From assembly GCA_024704765.1 (NCBI GenBank), contig JAKMXF010000006.1, positions 62,001 to 126,000 of the forward strand: a stretch of 64,000 nucleotides of DNA, read 5' to 3'. How positions within the stretch are numbered: the stretch's first letter is position 1; every line of letters begins with the position of its first letter. Positions 1-12,448 of this stretch are shown one piece after another. This DNA comes from Oopsacas minuta (Eukaryota > Animalia > Porifera). A model generated the notes under the pieces. It did no database searches and was not told the origin of the DNA. It saw only the letters and a program-made list of their open reading frames with translations. The position numbers and the translations under genes were made by a program.

Positions 1-2339
1 ATTGCACAGGACCAATATAGATGTTAAGCTCTATGTGTATCAGATTAATATATTTGTAATCCATGATCCATACAAAATATTAGCATGGGCTCCTATCATG
101 ATAGAGCCACGCAGGAGCTAAAAGATTTGCAGTATTCTATCAAATTGATTTGGTTATCACAATAATGTTATAAAATATGTGCAATATTAGAGAACACAAT
201 GATATTCTTGCCCCTTTATTGACATTGGGAGCGCTTGCCCCCAGAATCGAGGCTTTGTACGTGTATACCTTGTGTGTCCTACCCAGAGGCTGCGCCAGTC
301 GGAGAAATTAGTGAACTAGATGGGTTATACAAAACTCAGAGTGCGATGAAAACAACGATATTTATAGTGCCGACTATACTTTAGTATAAAGCTCAGATTG
401 ATCTTAGTCCCTATATTTTTAACCGTAGACGGTGCACAGTCAAAAGTATTATAGATTAAGGGCTGAAATTGTCAGGGTAGATCGATTATTACCAATCACA
501 GAATTTATCTAAATAATACCAATGGAATGATTAAAAATGCACCGTATATGTAGTGTTCACGTTACAAATTTCCTTAATTCTACAAACCCCGATATCTCCT
601 AAACTTAAATACTGTGTAATAATAGAAGATGTTTAATAATACGTATCAAGTAGTAAATTTCCGCAAAAACGAATGGCTGAGTAAGATGGTTCTATTTTGC
701 TAGAATTCATACATTCAAGCATAAAGGGGCTTACTAATAAGTGAGGGTAACGAGCGAGAAGTAATTTATTAGTTTGAATAGTTTAACTTTGAATTCTACA
801 TTTGAATTAGCTTCTAACACTTCATCCAGTAGATCCACTACTGTGTCCACAACTCTTCAATATTTCCCTGACACAAGGAAATATCCTGGGGTCTGACTAC
901 ACCACGGCCCAAACTCCGTCACTGGTCCTACATGAGATATGTTACGTCCTATTTGTAACTCACCTATGGTGGTGAGCTAACCCTGCCTCTGGAAATCTAT
1001 TCTTGTAAGGGATAAACTTAATTGGAAGTAATAGAGGAAAAATTTGAATCTACTAGATTATACAATATGGCAGATCAATAGTATTTCTATTTTATTATGC
1101 ACTTGTTGCATACTTACTGTATATTTGATATATCAGTTTATCCATCGATATCTAGTTACCAATAATTATATTTGTATTTATGAAGGAATTGAGTATACTT
1201 TGTATACTATCCAGTTAATGAACAACCCTTGTAATTGTATGTAGTATTTGTAAATTCTGAGGTTACCATACGTCCCTTTGGTATTATGTCAAGATCTCAT
1301 TATATATATAGGGCTGTAGGACATCATTCCTCACCACATTTAACTTTCCTGGAAATTTTACTGTTTCAATTAATTCTGTCAGTGTCCCAGATCATATCAT
1401 TCTGACCATTCAGAGGGTGGAATAACTCGAAAGGAGGGAGAGTTGTCTGAGAAAACCAAATACGCCATTCATTAATCATATAGGAAGTTATCCACTTCTA
1501 ATTTGCTACACGGCCTCGGAGACCCTTGCTAATTCCAGAAATAATGCCAGCATACCACCATGCAAGCAGAGGCGTAGCCTATAGACCCCAACCTATCATT
1601 TTCCATATACTGGTGGTCATCATACCGTTTTTACGGTTTATTGCAAAATATAGATAAGTGAGGATAATAGTTTCTACGAAAAATATGACGCTAACATAAC
1701 ATAATTTTCATGAATAATTGGAATTTTTACAATTTCGTAATACTAGCTATCGCTACAAATGCTGGCCAAACCACCATTTGGCTGGTCACTTGGGGTGTAT
1801 TGTAGCCAAGTGCCTTCCAGGGCCTGCAGTAGCGCCTAATATTAAAGTCTGAAAGTATTCGTGGGCCTACAGAAGGCCCGCAGCCAAACCTGGCAGGGCC
1901 CTCGTATAAACTGTAGACTTGACTTTAAATTATATGCTCAGTAGTGAGCATGCTCTCAGTCCTTGTGAGCACAGGTACGTCGCCACGGGCGCAGTAGCGT
2001 AACGATCGGGGGCAATGGGGGCCCGTACCCCCCAGCGGCACATTCTGGGGGGCGGCATTTTGACATATTGGTCCACACAAATATGATAAATCTCATGTGA
2101 TCCCATGATAAGTTATATCCGTTCTAACCAGGGTTGTCTCTTTAAATTTTTAACCCACCCCTCTGGTTTAAACTATTGTTTAAACCGGTTAGAGGTCTTA
2201 CTGAGGCAACTGACTTCACCCATGTGTTCGATAAGTTTGCGAGACTTAAAGCACGAAGATCAGGCTGTGAAGAAGAGCTACTAACGACCCGAAGCGGTAG
2301 TATTATTGTATTTTCGGTTAAAGGTTTCAAACATACAGA

Positions 2340-3628
2340 CAGGGTGACCCATAAATACTGTTACCAAGATATTCATATACCATAGTCTATTTTTATGAAT
2401 GTTACTAGTACTCGTTTGATGTTGTCTTACTCCAACATGCCTATATATTCATTCTACTTTAGATATTTTTGTATTTTGCCTACTTTTACCAATGGAGTCC
2501 AAAAGATCAGCTGTTATCCAACTTTTTGAAGCAGGAAACACCAAGAGCCAAATTGTTAGATTGCTCAAAACGAACAAAATGTTCATATCTCGCACTCTGT
2601 CCCGTTACAATGATACAGGAAGCATTGCTGACAGAACTCGACCTGGCCGACCTCGAACTGTAAGGACATTTTCTGTGACCAAAAATGTTTCGCAGAGAAT
2701 CCGCCGAAATCCATCCAGGAGCATCAGGAAGATGGCTAAGGAAATGAATACGAACAGGGAATCGATGCGTAGACTAGTTCGTAATGATCTAGGGATGAAA
2801 GCATACAAGTTACGCAAACGTCAGTTCCTCACTCAGCTAAACAAACAAAAAAGGCTGAAAAGATGCAAAGCCAAGATATTCCGTTTCACTGATGGACGTC
2901 ACAAACAAATTTTCTTCAGTGATGAGAAATTATTCACAGTAAACAGGTTATAAACAAACAAAACAACAGAATTCTCGCTACTGATAGGAATAGACTAGCT
3001 CAGGCCACTTTTCGAGTTTCTAGGACCCAAAAGCCAGCTTCTGTGATGGTTTGGGCGGGGGTGATTTCAGATGGTCGGACACTGCTGATTTTTATCCCCC
3101 ATGGGGTGTTAATTAATCAGAAAATTTATCGTAACACAATTCTCGAAACTGTAGTAAAGCCATGAGCCAAAAATCACTTTGGTAATAGAGCACGGACCTT
3201 CCAATAGGATTCTGCTCATGCCCATAAGGCTAAAGACACACAGGCTTGGTGCAGCGCCAATTTTGTGGGGTTAATTTCATCCGAAGAATGGCCCCCGTGT
3301 TCGCCAGACCTCAATCCTCTTGACTTTTCAATCTGGTCGATATTGGAGGACAAGGTTAACTCGAAAAATATCAGAGTATTGAAGAGTTAAAGAGAACCTT
3401 GACTCGAGAAAGGGAAAGAATTCCTGAGGATCACCTACGTGCTATCATAGACTCGTTTATCAGACGTCTTAGGAGCTGTGTCAGTGCAAAGGGTGATATA
3501 TTTGAATGATGAATTATTTATGCTTAGAGTATTTATCAAACAACGTATAGTGAAAATTTCAAAGCATTTACAACAATATTATGGTATTAGAGTAAAATCA
3601 ATGAGTAACAGTATTTATGGGTCACCTG
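2340..3628 (+). mobile_element. Tc1/mariner superfamily DD37D (maT-type) transposon, ~1.29 kb, decayed
   Basis: TIRs CAGG(G)TGACCCATAAATACTGTTAC at 2340-2364 and its inverse at 3605-3628; TA follows the right TIR; internal transposase. Confidence 0.9.
2492..3509 (+). pseudogene. DD37D transposase pseudogene
   Basis: HTH region with GRPR, then FSDEK, SVMVWAG and FQ*DSAHAH...WPPCSPDLNPLDF, with 37 residues between the 2nd and 3rd Asp. Frameshifts near 2950 and 3365, plus in-frame stops. Confidence 0.9.
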
Positions 3629-3841
3629 TATATGCGTAATCACATATTATGTAAACAATAACTAAACATGGTATCTAATGAACCAGGGCAGGGGCAAGGG
3701 AATTTTCAAACAACACCCTTCCCAGGAGTTGTTAAAGATAACTACTCATAATGTTACGTTTTAGGGGGCGGCGTTTAGAGCATGTGCCCCCAGCGGTACT
3801 AGACATCGTTACGCCACTACTAGAGGGATATGTCTAGACTG

Positions 3842-4676
3842 ATGGCTACAACTAATCCTATTAAAGAATACTTTTTTGAAAATTTGTAGACAAGAGATAG
3901 GTAGAATTGATTATGCGAGGAAGAAACAACCTCTAGTGAAGGCTTATAAGAAAGGAACTGGAAATGAACTTAAATTTACATAGGGTGTTATAATAGATTA
4001 TCAAACAGGAAATATTTATAAAGCAGATCTATCTAATGACTGTGTTAAGGTATTTGACAGTACTTCTAAATATTTGTTTAAATTTGGAGATGGCATGACG
4101 AAAGAAAGATATACAGACCAATAGGTTTAGTTATTTATAGAAATAGAATTCTTATTTCTCATGGTAATTATTTTATACTAAACTATCAGCTAGATGGAGA
4201 GTTTATTTCCCAAATTGGTAAGTATGGAAATGGAGAATTAGAGTTTAATGATCCTTGAGGTCTAGCAATCGATGAATATAATGAAGATGTTTACTTTGTG
4301 ATCATCTTAACTTCAAATACTTCTTGGTAAAGATATTTCAAAATGCCTTTGGACATTATAATCAATAAAGAGAATATTATTATTCTGGCTCAATCAAATC
4401 CTTGTTAATCACATTTTCAACAAAGATCTAGTTCTACAGAAGAGTATCATTTCTATAGGAGAAGGACAACAAGTGATTCCCTGTTTATTCTTTATAGACA
4501 ACTCTGATAATATTCTAATCTCAGATACTGGTTCAGATTATATCCTTATTTTCAGTTCTAAATTCGTATTTGTCCACAAAATCTATATTTTTAAACAAAT
4601 AGGAATTACAGTAGATGATAAAGATAGAATTATTGTTGTGAGTTATGCTAGAGAGAATTGTTTACAGATTTTCTAA
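3842..4676 (+). pseudogene. NHL-repeat (beta-propeller) protein pseudogene
   Basis: Frame pieces GRIDYARKKQPLVKAYKKG..GNIYKADLSNDCVKVFD..YLFKFG and FFIDNSDNILISDTGSDYILIF..GITVDDKDRIIVV..NCLQIF*, with many stops and frameshifts. Confidence 0.75.
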
Positions 4677-6526
4677 GTCTATTAATTATTTACTAATTTG
4701 AATTGTCAAATTTTCTTTTGTACGAGCTTTGACTCGTTGCTTAGAAATTATCTTCGCTCCGTTCCTCAAGTTTTCCCATGCGTAGGGAGACTATGAAAAG
4801 AGGGTCAGCTATAGTTTGCATGGTAATATAAAGTGGTGCGGCCATACATATGTCAATGTATCTTTGTGATTGCAAAAGTCAAAATACCCCACTGAAAATT
4901 AACAGCAATTCTGTATACCATATTTCCTTGAATAGTAACTGGTGCGATTTTGGGCGAAGTTACTATTGAAAGAAATACGGTTGATATTATGAGGCTGGGT
5001 AGAACTCGGATAATACGTACCCCTTGGGAAACAAATTAGTAAGTACAAACTGAAGTACATCCGAATATTTTCCCTGTAAAGTTAGTTCAAGAATGCATAA
5101 TCAGTTTCAGAGAAAAGTACGTACAATAGAATACTAATTTAGTGAGTTCTACTGTAGATTTGACGTACTAGTATCCATGGTTCAGGGAATACAGTTAGTC
5201 GCTCCTGCTCCGAAAAAGGAACTATACATTGATTACATTCGGGAAATTACTAAATGTGCAATGTCAACCATTTCCATAAATTGTGGATTATATATAAGCA
5301 TCCACTTTGCATAGCAAAATACTGAATTTTATAAAGAATAACAATGAAATTTGTAAATTGGATTTTATTATAATATAGTAATTCGAGGTACTAATTACTG
5401 AGAACAGTGCGAACACAAAGTATTTGCAAGCTTCGCAGCGCGAACAAGCGAAACGTGCTCGTTTACTTGAAATCTATGCAATAAGAATCGAGTATCTGGC
5501 TCCTTAAAACAGAAATATTTTCAATATATTTAGTTAGATATACACTGGTGACATAAATCTCGTGACTAAGTGTAAATAAAGTAATTATAAGGTAGTCCCG
5601 CCCCAAGGGGCAGACCCAGGCATGAGGCCCTAAGGTGCGGCCCATTCTGCCCCCTGTTCTTTGGCACCCATGTTGACTATTGCACTAATTTACCAGGATA
5701 TGCATGTATTATTTTTGTCCTTTATTCAGGCTTGGGACTATCGCTCAATAAATCGTATGTTTTTCTCGCATTAGGCCCTAGAATCTGCTTACCAACATAC
5801 TAGTATGTGTAGTGAATTTCAGATAATTCCAAGCGTGAAAAATGTTTGCTATGGCGTTTGATTGAAATTTTGTATTAATTTTACAGATATATCGTCCTAT
5901 TTTAGTCAATTGCGAGGACTGGAGATAATCTTTTGTGCAGATAGCCAAAATGTGGGTAAGTTGCAACATACGTATAAATGCAGCAGTGTAGCAGCAATCC
6001 TACAGTGTTTTAATTTCTATTGGGAATTGTTGTGACATACAATTTGTATACACACAACAAATCATGGGTGAAAACGAAATATATATTTATTGTGTCTGTG
6101 TTAATGGCAATTTAATGGGAATACTATTTATCTGGGTGGATTATTGTCAATGAGCCAGCATTGCTAAAATGGTCTATAGCACTCAGGGCTCGTTTGGAGT
6201 CAATAAATTAGATCTAATAACTTTACCTACTGAGAAACTTGATTCCTAAACAATTTTTGCATATAGTCTCAAAATTATCGCTAATGATGCGAATGGCCAA
6301 CTAACACTCGTGCAAAGTTCCAGTTTCACATGGATCCTTTGAAGTGAAGTGCAACTGTTAGCAATTGACAAATCCATATATTTGCTATTTTTTTTAGATT
6401 TCCTTGGAATTGGTAAATGGAAGTATTCCAATTAGAGGAAATTATGCAAATCTGAGAAGATATTTTTCCCTTATTATAAATTAGCTGATTACCGCACAGG
6501 TTTAATCAAGTCTTCTAAATCTATTA

Positions 6527-6990
6527 TCTATACTATTAAATCTCAATTGTTGTCTGTTTGTTTGTCCGTTGTCAAGGAAAGAATTTACGTTATACAATTT
6601 TGAAATTATCACATAACTATGTATTTATCGTATTTATCAAGGAAGTAAAGAGAATTCGATAAAACTTTACCAAATATATCGAACATGATGAATCCGATTT
6701 TCATACTTTTGGATTATCTTATATAAATTTATTGTTGTTTTTATCAATTAAAGTAAACAAATTGTCCAAATCTCAAATTACACACACATGCTTGCTCTAA
6801 ACGTCTACAAAAGGGGTTGATCTTACAAAATAATTAAATAATATATATGCCATCTACGTATATTTGTGAATTACATTGTTCTAAATATATCTATATCATA
6901 ATACACAATGGGGCCGTCAATTTGGAGAATAATGGATACCTCGAGGCGCAATGCCCCGAGTTCATCGCGAAGCGAAGAGCCAAAAGCTCG
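6527..6990 (+). mobile_element. Helitron-like non-autonomous element, family A, full copy (464 bp)
   Basis: A|TC start, (TGTT)n near the 5' end, 3' GC-rich hairpin ending CTCG|T, no TSD. Homologous to 27621-28082. Confidence 0.65.
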
Positions 6991-7136
6991 TTCAGTTACA
7001 ATTGATTAGAAATTACAAACAAAAATCTCTCTTTGACCTTCAATGATGGTATTACTCCAAAACAACTCGCAGCATATCCTAAACACATATCTTTCAACCC
7101 TCAGTATTTCCGACTGTTTGCCTTTGGACAGTTCAG

Positions 7137-7819
7137 CAGAGATGGAACCGGTCAGCTTTTTCATGACCCGACCCGACCAGCCGGTCGACCGGTCGACTGG
7201 TAACTTTGACTATACACTGCCTGGCCAAGAGTATTGGAACACCCTGCCACTTGTGACACAAGTGGCACACGGCGAGAATATGTTGAATATTCTATGGATA
7301 TAGCAGAAAGTAGAAAATCTGTTTTGCTCAAGGTTGATGAATTAATATTTATTCAAAAATGTATTAAATAATTCTCAATAATTTGTCTATAACTAATGTG
7401 GCATTTATATTGGTGCCATGTGCTAATTGTGGCCCTGGCGTTCGAATACTTTTGGCCAGGCAGTATATAATAGATGATTATACACATAAATCCTATTAAA
7501 TACAGAAATGTAGAAAAGATAGAAATATTGAAATGTAAACTAATAAAGAAATTTTGAATATATAGAATATGTAAGGAATTTTACGGCTAAAGTCCGTTTA
7601 ACGCTGCCTCCTTTAGCACAACTAGACTTTCAACGGTAGATCCGGCCAAATTACTCCTCTTAGAGTCCAGGGTAGCACCACCAATACTCAAATGGCGTTC
7701 GCTTATTTTGGTAAATTTGATTACGATATCAAATTCAGATTTACCATATTCAGAAATTATGACCGGCCGGTCGAAATCTTCGACCGGTACCCGACTCGAC
7801 CCGACCAGTTCCATCTCTG
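7137..7819. mobile_element. hAT-type MITE
   Basis: 17-bp TIR CAGAGATGGAAC(C/T)GGTC; perfect 8-bp TSD CAGTTCAG at 7129-7136 and 7820-7827; subterminal GACCG/CCGAC repeats. Confidence 0.85.
7215..7465. mobile_element. Tc1-like MITE nested in the hAT MITE
   Basis: TIR CACTGCCTGGCCAA..AGTATT and its inverse; TA flanks; second copy at 22631-22863. Confidence 0.75.
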
Positions 7820-8398
7820 CAGTTCAGTAATGAAGCAATCTACAAATAATGTGAGAATATCTTTCGCTATCAAAATTATTCTCATTGTTGGCTGAAATGA
7901 AGACGATCTGGTCAAATGAAACCTCTTTACATCACCATGATTCCTGGATTTTGCTGCAATACACAGGAGCAAACTTTAGGCTTTTTTCATTTTATGAATT
8001 AACTCTGCGAATATCAGTAATAGGTAAGCGATTCAGGATTACTGAAATTCGTTTGCTACCAAGTACCAACTGTAAACTATCTCCCAAATCCAGTGGCGAG
8101 GCTAGGACCACACGAAGTTGCCGTAATGCCGCATCTGTAATATATTTTTATGTAAATTTTGGTGGGCACAATAAAATTTGTTAGGGAATGTGCCGCATGT
8201 GCCGTATCTACCATTCATTCAGATTCCACCATAATTTCCTTTTCCTTTAGATTCCACTAGTTTCTACCATTCAGTCAACTTCCTATATATTTCCTTAATA
8301 TATGGGCTGTGTTCTGCAATCTTGGTCTAGTATGTTCGTAGTCTTAAAGTTTGTACAGGTCATTTGAGGCAAATATTGAAATGGTACAATGTTCCAAT

Positions 8399-8563
8399 CA
8401 GTGTTTCCCCCAAAGCGCGTTAAGCGGGTCAATTAACGCGCTTAGAGTATCTAGCAGCGTTAAAATAAAGACTCCATGCATTGGGCTTAGTATGCGTATA
8501 TGTGACAGAGGCCCCACATAATGATATCATTAGCGCTTTCCCAATCTTCAGTGGGAAACACTG
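8399..8563. mobile_element. hAT-type MITE (165 bp)
   Basis: TIR CAGTGTTTCCC / GGGAAACACTG; TSD GTTCCAAT / GTTCCAAC. Confidence 0.8.
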
Positions 8564-8863
8564 GTTCCAACACACCCCATGTCATCCCTATGCCTTACAT
8601 AGTCATAACGAAACAGAAATATATACTGATTAAACAGTCAAACTCAACATTGTACCCCTATTTAGATATCAGTATAATCAATAACATCGCTACAAAGTGA
8701 ATATTCTACAAATTCAATAGCATATTTAGACTTCAGAGTAATGTCTTGCTTATTGAGCTATATATTTGAGCCTAAATTGGTTTGAGCTCATAAACTTATC
8801 TAGTGCTTGAGAAATACAAATTCAGCGGTGAATAATAAATCCATCTGTTTAAATTCACAGTAA

Positions 8864-9940
8864 TTACTGGCAATTCCAGTTTCCAATTCCGTATAAAGCG
8901 TTTACCAGCGTTCCCATCATAACAGTATCGGATGGTGCTTGGAAGTCAAACACCATCAAACCCTCATAGCCATTATCTTTTATCCATTGGACATCTTTCT
9001 CTGGGTTGGGAGAAATTTGCCCAAACCAAAACCCAAGTGACAACCTGTCTTTACCCATACCCTTATCAACATATTGAGGAAGTCTGAATATAGGATTTCC
9101 ACCGTAAGTCATTTCCCAACCATAATCTAACGTATCAGAAAGTTTTTTTCCTTTATAAATGGTGTCAAAATTATGTATATCATTAAACAGAGCTTTTGAG
9201 ATAATTTTATCTGGCATTAACTGCTGCATTATTGACGTTACCATAACAAGAGATGTCTGGTTTGGAATTCCAATGCTATATTCATCATCAATATCGATAC
9301 CATCCAATCCATATTTATCTACTATGTCTGTCTTTAAATAGTTAACAAAAGCCGTCGCTACAATTTCTGATGTAAATTGAGACCAACCTACTGCTGAATG
9401 ACCATTCAGAATAGTCAGCAATACTGTAATGCCCTTATCCTGTAGAGCCTTAACAACCCCGCTATCAAGAACTTCCTGAATATTTGGATTAAACTGATTT
9501 AACGTGGGTGGATTGTTATTGTTTGCCCTTAGAGAAGGCAGTTCATTTGTACAATAATTACCTCCAAAGATACAAACCACATCAACAGCCGGGCTTCCAT
9601 CGGCAAGAGTATAAGAAGCAATATTTAGAAATTGTTGAGAATCATCTGGAGTAGTATACGCGACTGTCATATGATTCTTATTGTAGGCATCACATTGAGG
9701 TGCGACACCATACCAAGGTATTCCACTGAAAAACACGGCATCACCTGGGTTAAACATCCTCAGTTGTCCTTGGTTGTTAATTACTATATATTGACGACAG
9801 AGAAAAAAGAAAGTGATGTTAGGGTTCTTGATGGCAATTCGTTTTGCTTTCACTGGTGTACAATTCCGAACTGTCTTGATGAGATTATCCCAATTAGCTC
9901 CTCCGTACATTGCAACATTAGTTGATTTTATCCAACCCAT
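8864..9940 (-). CDS. GH18 endo-beta-N-acetylglucosaminidase (Endo H-like) with an extra ~88-aa N-terminal module; intronless
   Basis: 358-aa open frame. VKALQDKGITVLLTILNGH and KYGLDGIDIDDEY match the Endo H pattern (VRPLQQQGIKVLLSVLGNH ... KYGLDGVDFDDEY), with the DxDxE catalytic motif intact. No signal peptide. Confidence 0.9.
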   Translation of the reverse strand: MGWIKSTNVAMYGGANWDNLIKTVRNCTPVKAKRIAIKNPNITFFFLCRQYIVINNQGQLRMFNPGDAVFFSGIPWYGVAPQCDAYNKNHMTVAYTTPDDSQQFLNIASYTLADGSPAVDVVCIFGGNYCTNELPSLRANNNNPPTLNQFNPNIQEVLDSGVVKALQDKGITVLLTILNGHSAVGWSQFTSEIVATAFVNYLKTDIVDKYGLDGIDIDDEYSIGIPNQTSLVMVTSIMQQLMPDKIISKALFNDIHNFDTIYKGKKLSDTLDYGWEMTYGGNPIFRLPQYVDKGMGKDRLSLGFWFGQISPNPEKDVQWIKDNGYEGLMVFDFQAPSDTVMMGTLVNALYGIGNWNCQ

Positions 9941-9950
9941 AGTATACCCA

Positions 9951-9957
9951 CTCCTTT
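9951..9957 (-). promoter_or_regulatory. Shine-Dalgarno-like motif upstream of the GH18 ATG
   Basis: Minus strand reads TAAAGGAGTGGGTATACT-ATG; AAAGGAG ends 10 nt before the start codon. Confidence 0.55.
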
Positions 9958-11218
9958 AATTATGTGTTGTTACCACCTGAGTTACCTAACCATATGTAAA
10001 AGGAAAAAATAATATTGCATTGAATACAGTGCATTAATTTACAACCGTCTCTTCAACATAATGTTATTATCACATATTGCACTTCTTACCAATACCTAGC
10101 AGTTATTTGCTGTATAAGGCTGTTTGTTTATACGTATGTTTTTTTTCTTAGAATAAACTCCTGGTGTAACAAACCTGGTGTCGTTATAGTGGTGAATGTT
10201 ATATTCAGAGAGTATATGCCTCTCTGGAGCTCTGTCAAGGACCAGACCAGTATTGGGAACGATTGCGAGTGTATGTATTAAATATGTAAGGTTTGCCGCA
10301 ACTATAGTTTTTTAATGAAGGAATCACTTTAATAACTCAATAGAGAGTTATTCTACATTGATTTTATTTTTATAGCATATTAGAGATAACTTGTGATACA
10401 TTAGCATCAATCAACCGTTTTTGTGGGAAACCTCCAATTATGTATTTTATTACATTTACAGAGACTATTAGACTATGTAAATGATGTTAAAAATGTGGAG
10501 TTGTATCTAAAATACTTTATGAAATTGTGACAGATCATGAAATCTAATTGAAACCCCGTGTTATAAGGGGACAGTCAACGAAAGAATGCTTGTTTTATTG
10601 ATCACGTTATTCATTATATCATGATTTATCGTCAGTTAATCTTAGTACTCTGGCTCTATATTGCATAATTTCTGGCCCCATTTACATCAAAGGGGAATTT
10701 CTCCTATTTATGTCAGACTTTGTCATCTTATATACTTGCAAGTTGCAATTATCTTTATTTTTTGTATTTGCTATACCAATTGCATTATTAACAGATATAC
10801 AGCTTCTAGATTACGTATTCAATATATTCACTTAAGTAAGTCGGTGATGAAAGATGCGAATGTGGTGATGAAACGTTCATTCTCCTGGACAACTCGCCAT
10901 ATCTCCAAATCATGACAACTAATCTAGAATTCAAAGAGACAATAAGTCACCAAACCATGAGGTCACCATACCGTATGATATTAAGTTTTTAACAATGAAA
11001 TGTTTGTGTTAAGTTATCTTGATGCATTCATGTATTTAATGTCTCAGGAGAGAAGTGACGTTCCTTAACTTTCCATACGAGCATTGTTCTTCTGTTTGGA
11101 TGCACACAATAACTTTATCATTTGAACCAAATGTCGAACAAAATCGAAGTATTTTCTCTAGAAGGATCCTCCTATATAATAAGATAAGAGTAAACGTGAA
11201 ACTGGAATCAGTTACAAA

Positions 11219-11901
11219 TAGGGGTTACAATCCCGGGATTTCTGGATTGAAATTTACCTAATCCCGGGATTTTTCGGGATTGTATCTTACGTACCAAATT
11301 TTGTGAATGTCAATTTGGGAAGTTTAGAGAAGAAAAATATGTCTGATGGCTCGACTTGAGATGAACATGTAATCCTTTGGTTGGCCCACCATCACATCAC
11401 ACTTTAATACTTTTTACATAATTTGCATTGCGCAAATTTGCCACATAAAGATCAAAGAAAATGTTTCAAGATTTCAGCACCAACAAAATCTTGAAAAATA
11501 GGTGATGTAGTTTCTGCCATAATAATTTAAGAGAGAATGCGAGTATCTAACATTTGATTATTGGAGAAAACCTATTTATAGATTAATGACACTAGTACTT
11601 GTAATCATCGTATTTTCTTGTTGTTATTTAGGACTGAATATTGGAATACATACAATTCGTGTCATGATTATTGATTTAAATAAGACTATGTATTTGTAAG
11701 TTACCATCGTAAATAGAATATTGATTCCAGGTAGTGTTATTATACAATAGATAAATTATTAGGAAATTGCTATTGTTAAACATAGAGTAAGATAGAGATA
11801 ACACAAAAATTTCGGTATCCCGGGATTGCAAGACTGGATTCGGGATTTGAGAAACAATCCCGGAATGAACACACATCGGGATCCCGGGATTGTAACCCCT
11901 A
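11219..11901. mobile_element. hAT-type MITE (683 bp)
   Basis: 21-bp perfect TIR TAGGGGTTACAATCCCGGGAT; subterminal CCCGGGAT repeats; degenerate flanking duplication (TTACAAA). Confidence 0.75.
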
Positions 11902-11914
11902 GACTTACAAACCT

Positions 11915-12153
11915 CAAGCAGTGCTTTATATTCATAAAAACGATAAATTTACATATGATTAATCCAAAAGTGTGAAAATCGGATTCAGCATGTTCGATAT
12001 ATTTAGTAAAGTTTATTGAATTCTTTACTTCCTTGATAAACACGATAAATACATAGTTATCAACATTTTCATAATTGCATACCGTAGATCCTTTCCTTGA
12101 CAACGGACAAACAAACAAACAAACAAACAGACAACAATTGAGATTTAAGCATA
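11915..12153 (-). mobile_element. Helitron-like family A, partial 5' half
   Basis: Reverse-complement match to 6530-6760, including the (TGTT)n tract. Confidence 0.6.
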
Positions 12154-12448
12154 AGCTATTTGTAAGCCGTATTATGGGCATTCAGATAATCAAATTAGTC
12201 TACATTTGTGTATGGCAAGCAAATTAACCAAATCTTAAAATATAGGTACAGCCTTGCTCTAAACGGCTACCCAGTGGTAAGTAAGTACGCTGAATCCGAA
12301 TTTCGCATTTTAAGTTTCTCATCTGTAAATCTATTGTTGTTTTTATGAATATAAAGTAAACAAATTTCAAAATTGTTATAGAATCATACTTTCAATGACT
12401 GTACTGGTATACTCGAGTATGCTGAGTCTGAATATTGTAAACAACATT

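Larger units (their letters stand above)
1992..3819. mobile_element. Possible hAT-like non-autonomous element hosting the maT transposon
   Basis: Inverted ends CAGTAGCGTAACGAT (1992-2006) and ATCGTTACGCCACTA (3805-3819) with GC-rich subterminal motifs. No matching 8-bp TSD, so the two ends may be independent. Confidence 0.4.

Noticed and set aside
790-1440. Short Ser/Thr-rich frames near the window start
   Set aside because: No recognisable domain and no consistent splice model.
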